From a virus, in IMG/VR virus record IMGVR_UViG_3300036770_002724, positions 75,037 through 139,036 of that record: a DNA stretch of 64,000 nucleotides; one strand, 5' to 3'. A program made the position numbers and the translations under genes. The first letter of the stretch is position 1. Each line of letters begins with the position of its first letter. Below the pieces are notes generated by a model. It made no database searches, had not been told where the DNA came from, and saw nothing but the letters and a program-made list of their open reading frames with translations. Positions 8,282-18,169 of the stretch are shown here, piece after piece.

Positions 8282-9289
8282 ATGTCGGAGAAGATCATCA
8301 AGGGGCGCGGCCTCGACATCGGGACGATGAACATCGTAGCGGCTCGTCGGACTTCCAAGGGGGTCACGACGTCCCGTATGCGGGACGTGTTCCTCGACCT
8401 CCCGGCAAGCGCCAAGAAGATGCTCCGTCTCGCGAAGACGAGCTTCGTGGAGCGGGGAGACGAGGTCTATATCCTGGGGGATGCCGCTCTGGAGACGGCC
8501 AACATCTTTGGTCGCGAGCCCCGTCGCCCGCTCTCCGCCGGTCTGGTTTCGGCAGGGGAGACTGAGGCTCTCGAAGTCCTCGCTCTCCTCATCAAGCACG
8601 TCTTGGGCGAGCCTTCGTCGCCGGGAGAGGCTTGCTACTTCTCGGTCCCGGCGGCGCCTATCGATCAGCCGGATCGGGACATCGTTTACCATCGAGGGGT
8701 CTTTGACCGCATCGTTCGGGACTGCGGTTATCGCCCTGTCGCCTCGAACGAGGCTATGGGGATCATCTTCAGCGAGTGCGCCGAAGACGGTTTCTCTGGA
8801 GTGGCGCTCTCCTTCGGAAGCGGGATGACGAACTGTGCCCTCGCGATCAACACCATCGAAGGTCTTTCCTTCAGCGTCGCGAGGGGCGGCGATTGGATCG
8901 ACGCCGGAGCGGCCAACTCGGTCGGTTCGACCAAGGCCCGTATTTGTGCGATCAAGGAAGCGGGGGTGGACCTCAACGCCCCCAAGGGTCGAGATCAGGA
9001 GGCTATCGCCTTCTACTACAAGAACTTGATTGAGTACGCGCTCGACCAGATCGCGCTCCGCTTCAAGGCCATGCAAGGCCAGTTTGCCCTCCCTCGGCCT
9101 ATCCCGATGGTCATCTCAGGGGGAACGAGCATGGCGGGCGGGTTCATGGAGTTCTTCACCAAGGTTTTTGAGGAGAAGCAAAAGCGGTTTCCGATCCAGG
9201 TGTCGGACATCCGGGCTGCCAAGGATCCGCTGAACGCTGTGGCTTATGGGATGCTTGTTCAGGCCATGCAAGATGACGATGATGCCTGA
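8282..9289 (+). CDS. Actin-family ATPase (MreB/ParM/Alp-like)
   Basis: Phosphate-1 GLDIGTMN, connect EAMG, phosphate-2-like SFGSGMTN, adenosine ISGGTS; 335 aa. Confidence 0.85.
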   Translation: MSEKIIKGRGLDIGTMNIVAARRTSKGVTTSRMRDVFLDLPASAKKMLRLAKTSFVERGDEVYILGDAALETANIFGREPRRPLSAGLVSAGETEALEVLALLIKHVLGEPSSPGEACYFSVPAAPIDQPDRDIVYHRGVFDRIVRDCGYRPVASNEAMGIIFSECAEDGFSGVALSFGSGMTNCALAINTIEGLSFSVARGGDWIDAGAANSVGSTKARICAIKEAGVDLNAPKGRDQEAIAFYYKNLIEYALDQIALRFKAMQGQFALPRPIPMVISGGTSMAGGFMEFFTKVFEEKQKRFPIQVSDIRAAKDPLNAVAYGMLVQAMQDDDDA

Positions 9290-9306
9290 ACGGCGGAGGC
9301 GTTGAC

Positions 9307-10521
9307 GTGTACTACCAGCTTTCGGCGGCGCTCAAGAACCGTTTTGTCATGGAGCTACGCCGGTTCTGGGCGACGCATCCGAAGTACCGAGACCTTGTGG
9401 ACCGAATCCAGGGCAAGTACAGCTTTCGTGAGCGCCCTCAGTTCGGGATCATCGTCAAGACCTCGGGGGCCAACAAGATCGATCTCGCCGCCGATAACTA
9501 CGTCGGTGTCGTCCAGAGCTACACCTATCTGACGCGGGTCAAGAACTCTCCCGGTCTAGCTATCGAGTGGGTTCGCGAAGACTCCCTGGCGATCCAGCGG
9601 AACGATGGGATGTTTCCTTCTCCACCTGGGGTCTACTACATCGAGATCGTGGAGGGTCCGAGAACCGCGACCGGGCTGGAGACTCTTCAGTTCTACGTCG
9701 ACCCCCTCTTGGACGTGAACCACGAACAGGTGATGCAGATCGACGAGACGACGGCGCAGCTTGCTCACCCTCCATTGGACGGGACGCTGCGGCTGTACGA
9801 GTCGCCCTCCGGCTATATGCTTCAAGAGGGCATTGAGTACGTCGTAGACTCCACGGGCCTCATCACGATGACTCGTCCGGTGAACCGGGGTCGGTCCTTG
9901 GTTGCAGACTACAGGTATCCCATCGACACCCGGGGGCCTTTTCCTTATCACGAGAACACGGCGAACAACTCGGCCATCCCAGGGGTGGTCATGGCTTTTG
10001 GGCGCCGGGGGGAAAAGGGGGACAAGCTCGCGGTGGTCGTTCACCCGATCCGTATGCCAGCAGCTTTGGAGTACGGGGGACGCTGGGACGTCAGCCTGGA
10101 GTTCGAGGTCATCGCCCGTGATGTCTATGCCCAGCAGGAGATCACCGATCTTTCGGTCATGTTCATGCTAGGCGTCCTTCGCACGGCCCTCACCAAAGAA
10201 GGCATCGAGATTACCGAGCTTTCGATGGGAGGGGAGAGCGAGGAAGTCTACGACGAGACGGGAGACGACTATTTCTACAACGCGACCTTCTCTGCGACCG
10301 TCCAGACTGACTGGTCGATCCACGTCCCCCTCGACCTGATGATTCGTGCCGTCACCCCTCTCACGAATGAGGAAGCCAAGATCCAGGCGAACCTCCCTGA
10401 AGACGAGCAGGAGTCCATGAGTCAGGCGGGGAACATCAGAGTCCTTGAGGGGCTCGGTCTTGAGGGGCTCACGGATCCGTTTTTCCGGGACCGTACAGCG
10501 ACCTTTGAGCTTATCCGCTAG
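9307..10521 (+). CDS. Putative tail terminator/sheath-completion protein
   Basis: Directly precedes sheath; SLEFEVIARD...Q.EITD...F.ATVQTDW pattern typical of terminator folds. Confidence 0.5.
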   Translation: MYYQLSAALKNRFVMELRRFWATHPKYRDLVDRIQGKYSFRERPQFGIIVKTSGANKIDLAADNYVGVVQSYTYLTRVKNSPGLAIEWVREDSLAIQRNDGMFPSPPGVYYIEIVEGPRTATGLETLQFYVDPLLDVNHEQVMQIDETTAQLAHPPLDGTLRLYESPSGYMLQEGIEYVVDSTGLITMTRPVNRGRSLVADYRYPIDTRGPFPYHENTANNSAIPGVVMAFGRRGEKGDKLAVVVHPIRMPAALEYGGRWDVSLEFEVIARDVYAQQEITDLSVMFMLGVLRTALTKEGIEITELSMGGESEEVYDETGDDYFYNATFSATVQTDWSIHVPLDLMIRAVTPLTNEEAKIQANLPEDEQESMSQAGNIRVLEGLGLEGLTDPFFRDRTATFELIR

Positions 10522-10530
10522 GGGGCCGTC

Positions 10531-10977
10531 ATGCCTGTGTACCGATGGCAGTGCTTTGAGTGCGGTCTTCAGTTCGACGCCTCGGCGTCGCTGTCTCAGC
10601 GTAACGACAAGAAACCCTGCCCGGACTGTCAGGCTCTCTCTGAGCGCATGGTCCCCGAAAGCGTCACCGGATTTTTCAACAAGTCCGTCACCGGGCCGGT
10701 CCCTCAGAACACGGGCATCTCTCAGCTTGATACCCACATTGATCGGGCCATCGGAACACACGCTCATCAAGGGTGGGAGGCACACCAGCAGCGCGAAGTG
10801 GACAAGCGCAAGACCTTTGCCCACCAAGGGGTTCATAGGGCTCCGCTTTCCAAGAATCCTGATGGCTCCTACCGGGTGATGTCTGCGAACGAAACCGAAG
10901 TCCAGAGACGCGCCCTCAACATTCACGATCTGGCGATGCAGAATCGCAAGGTCGCCAAGGGTCCGCCCTCTCGCTAA
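10531..10977 (+). CDS. FmdB-family zinc-ribbon protein
   Basis: MPVYRWQCFECG...F...PCPDC signature. Confidence 0.85.
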   Translation: MPVYRWQCFECGLQFDASASLSQRNDKKPCPDCQALSERMVPESVTGFFNKSVTGPVPQNTGISQLDTHIDRAIGTHAHQGWEAHQQREVDKRKTFAHQGVHRAPLSKNPDGSYRVMSANETEVQRRALNIHDLAMQNRKVAKGPPSR

Positions 10978-11087
10978 TCACCTTATCCGAAGCCCGTTTC
11001 AGAGAACCCTCAGTTCTTCCGGCCCCCGGGTCGGCCTGATGCACAACTCTCCTTGGGCTACGCTTCGGATACGAGAGGATAACCCCG

Positions 11088-14000
11088 ATGGCATTTCCGA
11101 ATGATCAGTACGCCCCTCCTGGGGTATACACCCAGACCAACTTTGAGAACCCGCTGGCCTCGACCCTTGCTTCGGTCAAGGTGCCCGTGATGATCGGGGA
11201 GGGAAACGAGTCCCTCTTTCAGCGAAACCTCGAAGTCGTCCGGGGTTCCTCGAAGTCCGTAGACATCTTTGTTCCCCAGGAGGACGAGACGGGTCGGGCG
11301 GTCGTTTCGATTTCCCAGACGGGCCAGGTGACCCTCGGGGACTTCGACGGAATCCGCACCCGTTTCCGGGTCCGCCAGTTTCCCATCGTCACGGGCGACG
11401 GGACCGCGACGACCACGAACAATCGGTCGGACGTTCAAGTCACGACGACGAACAATCAGCCCCTCGTGGTCCTCTCGGTCGATGGCGCTCGGGGCATCAT
11501 CGAACTGGCCCAGCCCCCGGCGGTCGGTCAGGTCGTCCGCTGCTCTTACTACTTTGACCGGACGGACACCCTGGCGACCGACAACGTGTCGGATCAGGTG
11601 ACCCCGACTCCGGCTCTTATCCGAGCCGTCACCGGGATCATCGACGCCAACTCCCCGAACCAGACGGGTCCGCAGACGCCCCTCACTTTCTACGGGGACG
11701 TCCTGAACTCGCTCGGTCAGGTGGTCGTTCCGGCGAACAACGTCCTCCTGCTTACCGTGGACGGGGTCGGACGGAACATCGTCATTCCGCCTCGCACCGG
11801 GTACACGATGGCTCAGGTGGCTTCGGCCATCTCGGCGGCGGCGGTCGGAACGCTCACCGCTTCGACCTTCGTGAACCAGTACGGTATGTCCGCCCTCTCC
11901 CTCTCGGCGGACTTTGACATCACCGTAGGGGCAGGGTCGGCTAACGCGCTCCTGGGCCTGGTCGAAGGGGCTTCGTCGAACCGGACGAATGTCTTTTACG
12001 TCTTCAACGGGCCGATCACCGACGGCTCAAACGGCGGCGTGACCACCACCGACACCGCACACGTCACCGTGAAGGTCGATGGGCGTCAGGTCATCCCGAC
12101 CAAGGTAGACGGTACGACCCGGGCGGTCACGCTCCCCTACGCGCCCAAGGCGGGCTCGACGGTCGCGATCACCTACTACTGGAACACTTGGCAGGATACG
12201 TTCGATTACCTTGCGAACATCGGGGTCAGCCAGATCACCGCTTGCGGCTTTACCCCGGGCGGTTCGGACTACATCCAGGGGGCCGACTTCATCCTCAAGG
12301 ATGACAAGGTCGTCTGGGGTACGGCTTCTTTGGTGGCGGCGGGGGTCAATACCTCGGGGAGCGAGTTCTTCAACGAGTCGAAGATCACTCCGGTCCTCGT
12401 GGACAACAAGACCTTCCTCTCGCCGTGCGACCCTATCGTGGACGTGACCACGGGCGTCGCTTCGGCGCGGGACTTCACCCTTCCGTTCCAGCCGACCCTC
12501 GGAAACGGTCGAGACACTTCGCTCGGCCAGAGCCTTTTCCAGAGCGTCAGCAACGGGCGTATCGACCTCCCGGTCAATCGCCCAGACGTGATCGACGCCT
12601 ACTGGGGCTATGACGTTCCCGACGCTCTCGCTCGCGGGAAGATCAACGTCACCAAGGTCGATGGTCTGGTCATCACCCTGGAGTCGGATGTCCCGGTGGG
12701 GGCGAACGTCTACGCGACGTTCTACTACAACCGGCTGGTCGATCAGGAGTACACGCTTACCTGCACGATTCCCGGGGTCTCGGGTGTCGGTCAGTACACG
12801 ATTCAGGACAATGGCGCGAACGACCTCTTCAACGCCAAGTTCCCCACTAGCTCGAAAGGTTCGTCGCTCAACGGCGTGACCATCGAGTTCCCGTCAGGCT
12901 CGGAGTTGACTCCCGACCTTCGTCACGAGGGGTTGAGCGGGTCGGACTTCATTGGTCCGGTCGAAGAAACCGTGACCGTCCAGTTCGCCTCTCGGTGGGC
13001 GGGTCCGGCTCGGTTCTCCCTTCCGGGTTCGGCTCCATACCAGTTCATCCCGGGCCAGTCGGATCGTCTGCGGATCCAGATCGACGGTTCGGATCTCGTG
13101 TCGGGCCTTACGGGCGCGAGCCTCAACGCGATCACGACTTCGACGAGCGCGTTTGGCAGCCTCCTCGGAAACGAGATTGCGTACACGGGCGGGACGGGCG
13201 CTACGGTCGGCCTGACCTACAGCCTAGACTCCGATGAGACGGTCAGCCTTCTCATCGACGGTTCGGATGTCGAGGTCACGGTCCCGGCGGCGAACAACGT
13301 CAACGCTAGCGTTTTCGTGGATCGCATCAACGAGGCGGCGTCGGGTCACTCCAGCACGGCGGCGGCGGGTGCAGCGGCGAACACCGAGATCGTCCTCAAC
13401 GCGACGCCTCGGTCGAGCATCAACGGCTACTATGTGGGCTGGGTGGTCGTCATCGGTAACGGCGCAGCCGGTGCCGTTGCGGGTACGACGGCGGTCGTTA
13501 CCGCGTACAACGGGTCCACGGGCGTCGCGACCGTGGGTTCTTCGCTCGGTGGTATCCCGCTGGCTCTCGACCCATACCACATCTACAATCCGACGGCTCG
13601 AAGCTACCTGAAGGGTGCGACGAAGTTCAGCGGTCCCGTCACGATCACGGCGGGTCAGCACGACGACCTCCAGTTTACCTACATTGGAACGCCTTCTGGA
13701 ACCTTCACGGATACCATCACGATCACGGCGGGGACTTACGCGAGCGTCGCAGCCCTCGTGACCGAGATCGAGACCCAGCTTGCGGCTTCCATCGGCGGTG
13801 CGGGTGCGGCGTTCGCGGGCCTCGACATCGAATGTTCGGCGGACGCCGACGGACGGCTCCAGTTCGCTATCCAGCTTCCGGGTGCCGATTCGGCGGGGTC
13901 GCTCCAGTTCCTCAACGCAGCTTCGGTTGCTCAGGACTTCGCCATCCTCGCCGGACTCGATACGGCGGCGGCAAGCGGCGGCGGTCAGGCGGCGCTCATC

Positions 14001-16364
14001 CAGGCTCCGGTCGCGGTCCTCTATACGGTCACTTCGGGCGGTGTCCGACCGTATGACCGGATTATCCTACGGAACCGGATTCTTTCGGGCGGCGGAGCCA
14101 ACAGTTCGATGGCTCCGGCTTCTGCGGAAGCCCAGACGGGCCTCGTAGTCCGGGGTGGAACCGGGCTGACGAAGGCAGGTTTGGAGCAGGGGTCGTTCGC
14201 GGAGGCCACGGCGAAAGCGGTGGTTCGTGCGGCGACGATTGCGGGCGAGGTGGTTCAGGACGGCGGTTACAGCGCCAACAGCGAGCTTCAGGTCACGTTC
14301 TATGACGGGACCGGAAGCGTGGCGGCGAACAACCAGTTCGCCTTCACGATGGACGGAGTTGCGGTGAACTTCGCTTTCATCGCTTCCGCGACGGGAACCG
14401 TCACTCCGCTGGGTCCGATCACGACTGCGACTACGGTCCTCGGTCAGATTGCGGCGGCGATGGCGGCGGTCGCCGGGCAGCCCTTCGGTAACGCGGCGGC
14501 GATCATCGCGGCCCGCTATGTCCGTCAGGAAGGTCTGGGGATCCGGCTCACCAGTTCGCTCTTCTCGGAGCAGTCGGTCATTACCGTCGGTTCGGGGAGC
14601 GCCAACGCGGTCCTCGGATTCACGGCAGGGACCACGGTGCAGAGGACGCTGGTGACGGCTAAGGCTTTGGCTTCGGCGGTCATGGGTCAGCGTCACGCGA
14701 CGTTCAGCACCCTCCTGCTCGGGCTCGCGTCGTCGAACACCTACTTCTTCGACGAAGCCTTGGCGGGCGTCATCGAGGATGCGGCGGGGGCGGAGTACCT
14801 GTACCTCCAGTCTCGGACGGTCGGGACTAGCTCCCAGGTTCGGATTCGCTTCACGAGCGTGGGCGGTATTCGGACCCAGGACGCGACGTTCCCGGGAACC
14901 GGCCTCGACGTTCAGGATTCGGCGGGCGACATCGGAGAGGCGGCGATCAACGGGTTCTTTGTGACCTCGAACGTCGTGAACGGCTCCGGGTCGGCTAACG
15001 ACTCCATCTTGAACAACGGGACCGGGTCGGACGGTGTGATCGGCCAGACGTACCGGGATGCGGTCACGGGCCTGACCTTCACCATCTTGCCGAGGGGCTT
15101 CCAGACGAACTCGACCGGCCCGTGGGTTGCGTATCCGACGGGGGCCAATGCGACGTTCCGGGTCCAGGTCTCGAAGACGGTCACCTGTGACGCGAACCTT
15201 CCGATCACCGCTTTGCCGGGGGTCGAGTTGAAGGTGGCGAACACCTTCAACGTAGCGGCGGGGGACACGGGCATCGTCAGCACCTTCAAGCGAGGGGGCA
15301 ACGAGCCTGCGATTGGCGACCTCTACTACGTCAGCTACATCTACGAGAAGCAGGACTACAACACCCAGTTCTTCACGAAGATGTCGTCCATTGAGGCGGC
15401 GTTCGGTTCGATCTCGCCGGACAACCCGGTTTCCCTTGCGAGCTACCTGGCGATCTTGAACGGCGCGATCCTGATCGGGATCAAGCAGGTCAAGAAGGCA
15501 GAGGGGTCGCAGCAGGGCAGTTTGGAGTCGTACCGGGCGGCTATCGAGGATCTGGAAGGGGTGCAGCCGGGCCAAGTGGCTCCGGATCTCATCACTCCGC
15601 TTCGCGGGGATTCGCTGGAGCTATTCCAGATCCTCAAGAAGTCGAACGCGATCATGTCCTCGATTCGCTATCGCTCGGAGCGGACGAGCATCATCGGGCT
15701 CTCGGCGGGGACGCTTCCTGATGCGGCGCAGCGGGTCGCGGAGCAGCTTCGCGATACTCGGATGCGTCTCGTCTATCCGGACATTGTGACCGTGGACATC
15801 ACGGATGCCTTTGGCCGGATCAAGGAATACCTGGTAGACGGGACGTACCTTGCGGCGGCGATGACGGGTTCGGTGGTCTCTCCGAACTACGACGTAGCGA
15901 CTCCGTGGACGAACCGGCTTCTCACCGGGTTCAACAGTCTCGCTCGCATCCTCGATGCGGTCGAGATGAACCAGATCGCGGTGTCGGGCGTCACGGTGCT
16001 TGAGCAGCGGGGGAACAATATCCGGGTGCGCCACGGGCTTACCACGGACATGACCAACCAGCTAACCAAGCTCCCGACGATCATCCAGATCGCGGATGAG
16101 GTTCAGCGTCAGGCTCGGGCGACGTTGGAGCGGTTCATCGGCCTCAAGTACCTGCCGGGCATCGCTTCGCAGGTCGAGGGTCGGTTGTCGATGATGTTCA
16201 AGAACCTGGTCGCCGCTCAGATTGTTGCGGCGTACACGGGGGTGAAGGCGACTCCGGATGCGGAGGATCCGACGCTCTTGAACGTGGAGGCGTACTACAG
16301 CCCGATCTTCCCGCTGCTGTACATCGTGATCACGTTCAACCTGCGGTCGCGGTTGGCTGCCTAG
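11088..16364 (+). CDS. Contractile tail sheath protein, greatly enlarged (1758 aa)
   Basis: N-terminal PPGVYT; C-terminal sheath core (RTSIIG...R..LVYP...RVRHGLTT...VEAYYSPIFPLLYIVITF). Confidence 0.9.
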   Translation: MAFPNDQYAPPGVYTQTNFENPLASTLASVKVPVMIGEGNESLFQRNLEVVRGSSKSVDIFVPQEDETGRAVVSISQTGQVTLGDFDGIRTRFRVRQFPIVTGDGTATTTNNRSDVQVTTTNNQPLVVLSVDGARGIIELAQPPAVGQVVRCSYYFDRTDTLATDNVSDQVTPTPALIRAVTGIIDANSPNQTGPQTPLTFYGDVLNSLGQVVVPANNVLLLTVDGVGRNIVIPPRTGYTMAQVASAISAAAVGTLTASTFVNQYGMSALSLSADFDITVGAGSANALLGLVEGASSNRTNVFYVFNGPITDGSNGGVTTTDTAHVTVKVDGRQVIPTKVDGTTRAVTLPYAPKAGSTVAITYYWNTWQDTFDYLANIGVSQITACGFTPGGSDYIQGADFILKDDKVVWGTASLVAAGVNTSGSEFFNESKITPVLVDNKTFLSPCDPIVDVTTGVASARDFTLPFQPTLGNGRDTSLGQSLFQSVSNGRIDLPVNRPDVIDAYWGYDVPDALARGKINVTKVDGLVITLESDVPVGANVYATFYYNRLVDQEYTLTCTIPGVSGVGQYTIQDNGANDLFNAKFPTSSKGSSLNGVTIEFPSGSELTPDLRHEGLSGSDFIGPVEETVTVQFASRWAGPARFSLPGSAPYQFIPGQSDRLRIQIDGSDLVSGLTGASLNAITTSTSAFGSLLGNEIAYTGGTGATVGLTYSLDSDETVSLLIDGSDVEVTVPAANNVNASVFVDRINEAASGHSSTAAAGAAANTEIVLNATPRSSINGYYVGWVVVIGNGAAGAVAGTTAVVTAYNGSTGVATVGSSLGGIPLALDPYHIYNPTARSYLKGATKFSGPVTITAGQHDDLQFTYIGTPSGTFTDTITITAGTYASVAALVTEIETQLAASIGGAGAAFAGLDIECSADADGRLQFAIQLPGADSAGSLQFLNAASVAQDFAILAGLDTAAASGGGQAALIQAPVAVLYTVTSGGVRPYDRIILRNRILSGGGANSSMAPASAEAQTGLVVRGGTGLTKAGLEQGSFAEATAKAVVRAATIAGEVVQDGGYSANSELQVTFYDGTGSVAANNQFAFTMDGVAVNFAFIASATGTVTPLGPITTATTVLGQIAAAMAAVAGQPFGNAAAIIAARYVRQEGLGIRLTSSLFSEQSVITVGSGSANAVLGFTAGTTVQRTLVTAKALASAVMGQRHATFSTLLLGLASSNTYFFDEALAGVIEDAAGAEYLYLQSRTVGTSSQVRIRFTSVGGIRTQDATFPGTGLDVQDSAGDIGEAAINGFFVTSNVVNGSGSANDSILNNGTGSDGVIGQTYRDAVTGLTFTILPRGFQTNSTGPWVAYPTGANATFRVQVSKTVTCDANLPITALPGVELKVANTFNVAAGDTGIVSTFKRGGNEPAIGDLYYVSYIYEKQDYNTQFFTKMSSIEAAFGSISPDNPVSLASYLAILNGAILIGIKQVKKAEGSQQGSLESYRAAIEDLEGVQPGQVAPDLITPLRGDSLELFQILKKSNAIMSSIRYRSERTSIIGLSAGTLPDAAQRVAEQLRDTRMRLVYPDIVTVDITDAFGRIKEYLVDGTYLAAAMTGSVVSPNYDVATPWTNRLLTGFNSLARILDAVEMNQIAVSGVTVLEQRGNNIRVRHGLTTDMTNQLTKLPTIIQIADEVQRQARATLERFIGLKYLPGIASQVEGRLSMMFKNLVAAQIVAAYTGVKATPDAEDPTLLNVEAYYSPIFPLLYIVITFNLRSRLAA

Positions 16365-16384
16365 TCCATGACGGATTAGGACTG

Positions 16385-16422
16385 GGAAGGGGGTGTCGGG
16401 TGAGAGCCTGACACCCCCTTCC
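16385..16422. terminator. Probable bidirectional terminator hairpin
   Basis: 16-bp stem GGAAGGGGGTGTCGGG / CCTGACACCCCCTTCC with 6-nt loop, between convergent genes. Confidence 0.8.
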
Positions 16423-16436
16423 TGTTTCCTGGGAGT

Positions 16437-16904
16437 TCAAGCGGCAGCGGCGAGTCCGTCAAGCTGCTTGAGGATCTGCACCTTCCGCTCATTCGAGGGC
16501 TTCACGCCCGAGGGGAAGTAGCTGTTCACGGTCTCAGCGTCCACACCGAGGTCCAGAGCCCGCTTGCAAATCTCCTCCTTCGAGGGGAGCGCCACCCGGC
16601 CCTTGTCCGAGACGGTGAGCGTGAAGCCCGCGAGGGTGCGAGTCTCACCCGACGGGGCCTCGGCCTTGTCGGTGGCCTCCTCGACCTTGGCCTCGGCCTT
16701 GGGCTTCCGCTTCACCACGACCTTCTCGGCCTTCGGAGCCTTGGGCGCCTTCGGAGCCTTCTCGGCCTTGGGCGCCTCGACGGTCTCGGTGGTCGCGGCG
16801 GGCTTCGCCTTCAGCGACTCGATCTCGTTGAGCGCCGCCTGAGCGGCGTTCGCGAGCGCGAGCGACTGGTGGTACACGGTCTTGAGGTGCATTTCGAGCG
16901 ACAT
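16437..16904 (-). CDS. Lys/Ala/Pro-rich, histone-H1-like protein on the antisense strand
   Basis: KAEKAPKAPKAPKAEK repeats; AAGGA RBS; strong codon periodicity. Confidence 0.75.
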   Translation of the reverse strand: MSLEMHLKTVYHQSLALANAAQAALNEIESLKAKPAATTETVEAPKAEKAPKAPKAPKAEKVVVKRKPKAEAKVEEATDKAEAPSGETRTLAGFTLTVSDKGRVALPSKEEICKRALDLGVDAETVNSYFPSGVKPSNERKVQILKQLDGLAAAA

Positions 16905-17105
16905 TGTTTTGTCCTTTCGTTTTGAGGTCTTTGCTGACCCGGCCTTTACCTTACCTGCCTTTTCGTTTTCCGCTACCCTTTTTTTATCGCGTCTTCGTTT
17001 TTTTCCTTTTCTCGTGCGCTAGGCTTTACCCTTCATTGAGGGTTCTGGCCTCCCGTTTGCCAGCCTATACTGACCACTTCAGAGAAGACCTCGGGAGGTC
17101 CACAC

Positions 17106-17942
17106 ATGGTTGCCAGCAGCGATAAGAACCCACAGAACGGCGTACAGGGTACGTCGTACCTCTATCAGTTTGGTACGACTCCAAACACGAGGACTGCGGT
17201 ATCTCAGCGTAACCGCGTCCTGACTCCCGTCTACGGCAACAATGCGGCGCTTCATCAGATGGGCGTCTTGGGGACGTTTGGTGTCGATCAGTCGCGGACC
17301 ATCGACAATGTCCGTGGCATCGGCTTCGGAGACAAGGTCGCGGAGCTTGTCCCTTCGATCCAGGAGCCTGTGACCGTCAGCCTGGAGCGTGCCCTTCTTT
17401 ACCTCTGCAACATCTGGCAGGCGACCGGCTACGCAGCGGGAGTAGACGGCCCCGTGCGTATGCTCACGCACCATCGCTGGCCCTTCGACATTGAGCAGCA
17501 GTTGGTTTTCTCGACGCTCGCGGATGCGGACATCGGGGCTGCTTCGACGGGCGGTTACGGTGGGACTTCGGGTAACTTCGACGGTGGCGTAAAGGCCATC
17601 GCATATCCCGAGGTCACCCAGGATGCGGGCAATCCTCGGAGCCCGACTTCTGCATCGCGCGGTCACACGGCGATCATCACGATCTACGAGGCGTGCTGGT
17701 TCAACGCTACGGGCTCTTCTTTTGCCAAAGACTCCGGGCTTGTCATGGAGACGGCGAACGTCACGGTGTCGGACATTCACGATTTCGCTTCGGTCTACGG
17801 CGAGTTTCTCGCGACCGGAAACGATCCGACCATCGGGCAGCTAGGCTCGATTCGTTTCGCTTCGCTGGAGGGCGCTCGATTCGACGGCGCTAGCGGTAGC
17901 GGAATCGGGGGCGGGGGTGCTGCTCTTCAGCTAGGCGGATGA
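17106..17942 (+). CDS. Tail tube protein
   Basis: Follows sheath; RGIGFGD..AELVP, LERALLY, WPFDIEQQ, IYEACWF motifs of T4 gp19-like tubes. Confidence 0.8.
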   Translation: MVASSDKNPQNGVQGTSYLYQFGTTPNTRTAVSQRNRVLTPVYGNNAALHQMGVLGTFGVDQSRTIDNVRGIGFGDKVAELVPSIQEPVTVSLERALLYLCNIWQATGYAAGVDGPVRMLTHHRWPFDIEQQLVFSTLADADIGAASTGGYGGTSGNFDGGVKAIAYPEVTQDAGNPRSPTSASRGHTAIITIYEACWFNATGSSFAKDSGLVMETANVTVSDIHDFASVYGEFLATGNDPTIGQLGSIRFASLEGARFDGASGSGIGGGGAALQLGG

Positions 17943-18169
17943 TGCTAGCCCCTTTGATGGGGTAACGTGACCTCAACAGCTTCGGTGGCATCCGACCGAC
18001 AGACGTACAAGAACGTATTATCCTTGTGCTTTCCCCGGCCCGTGTTGATAAGGGTCGGGGCCTCCGGCCAGACAAGCCGGTCAGACAGACGAGACGACTG
18101 AGAACGACATCGCATTGTGCTGTCTAGGGCCGACCGTTGCTGTTCCCTACCAGGACCAAGGGAGCAGAT

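Noticed and set aside
17019-17021. Genome-wide TAG reassignment
   Set aside because: Many confident genes (sheath, tail terminator, chaperone 2) end at TAG followed closely by the next gene or a terminator
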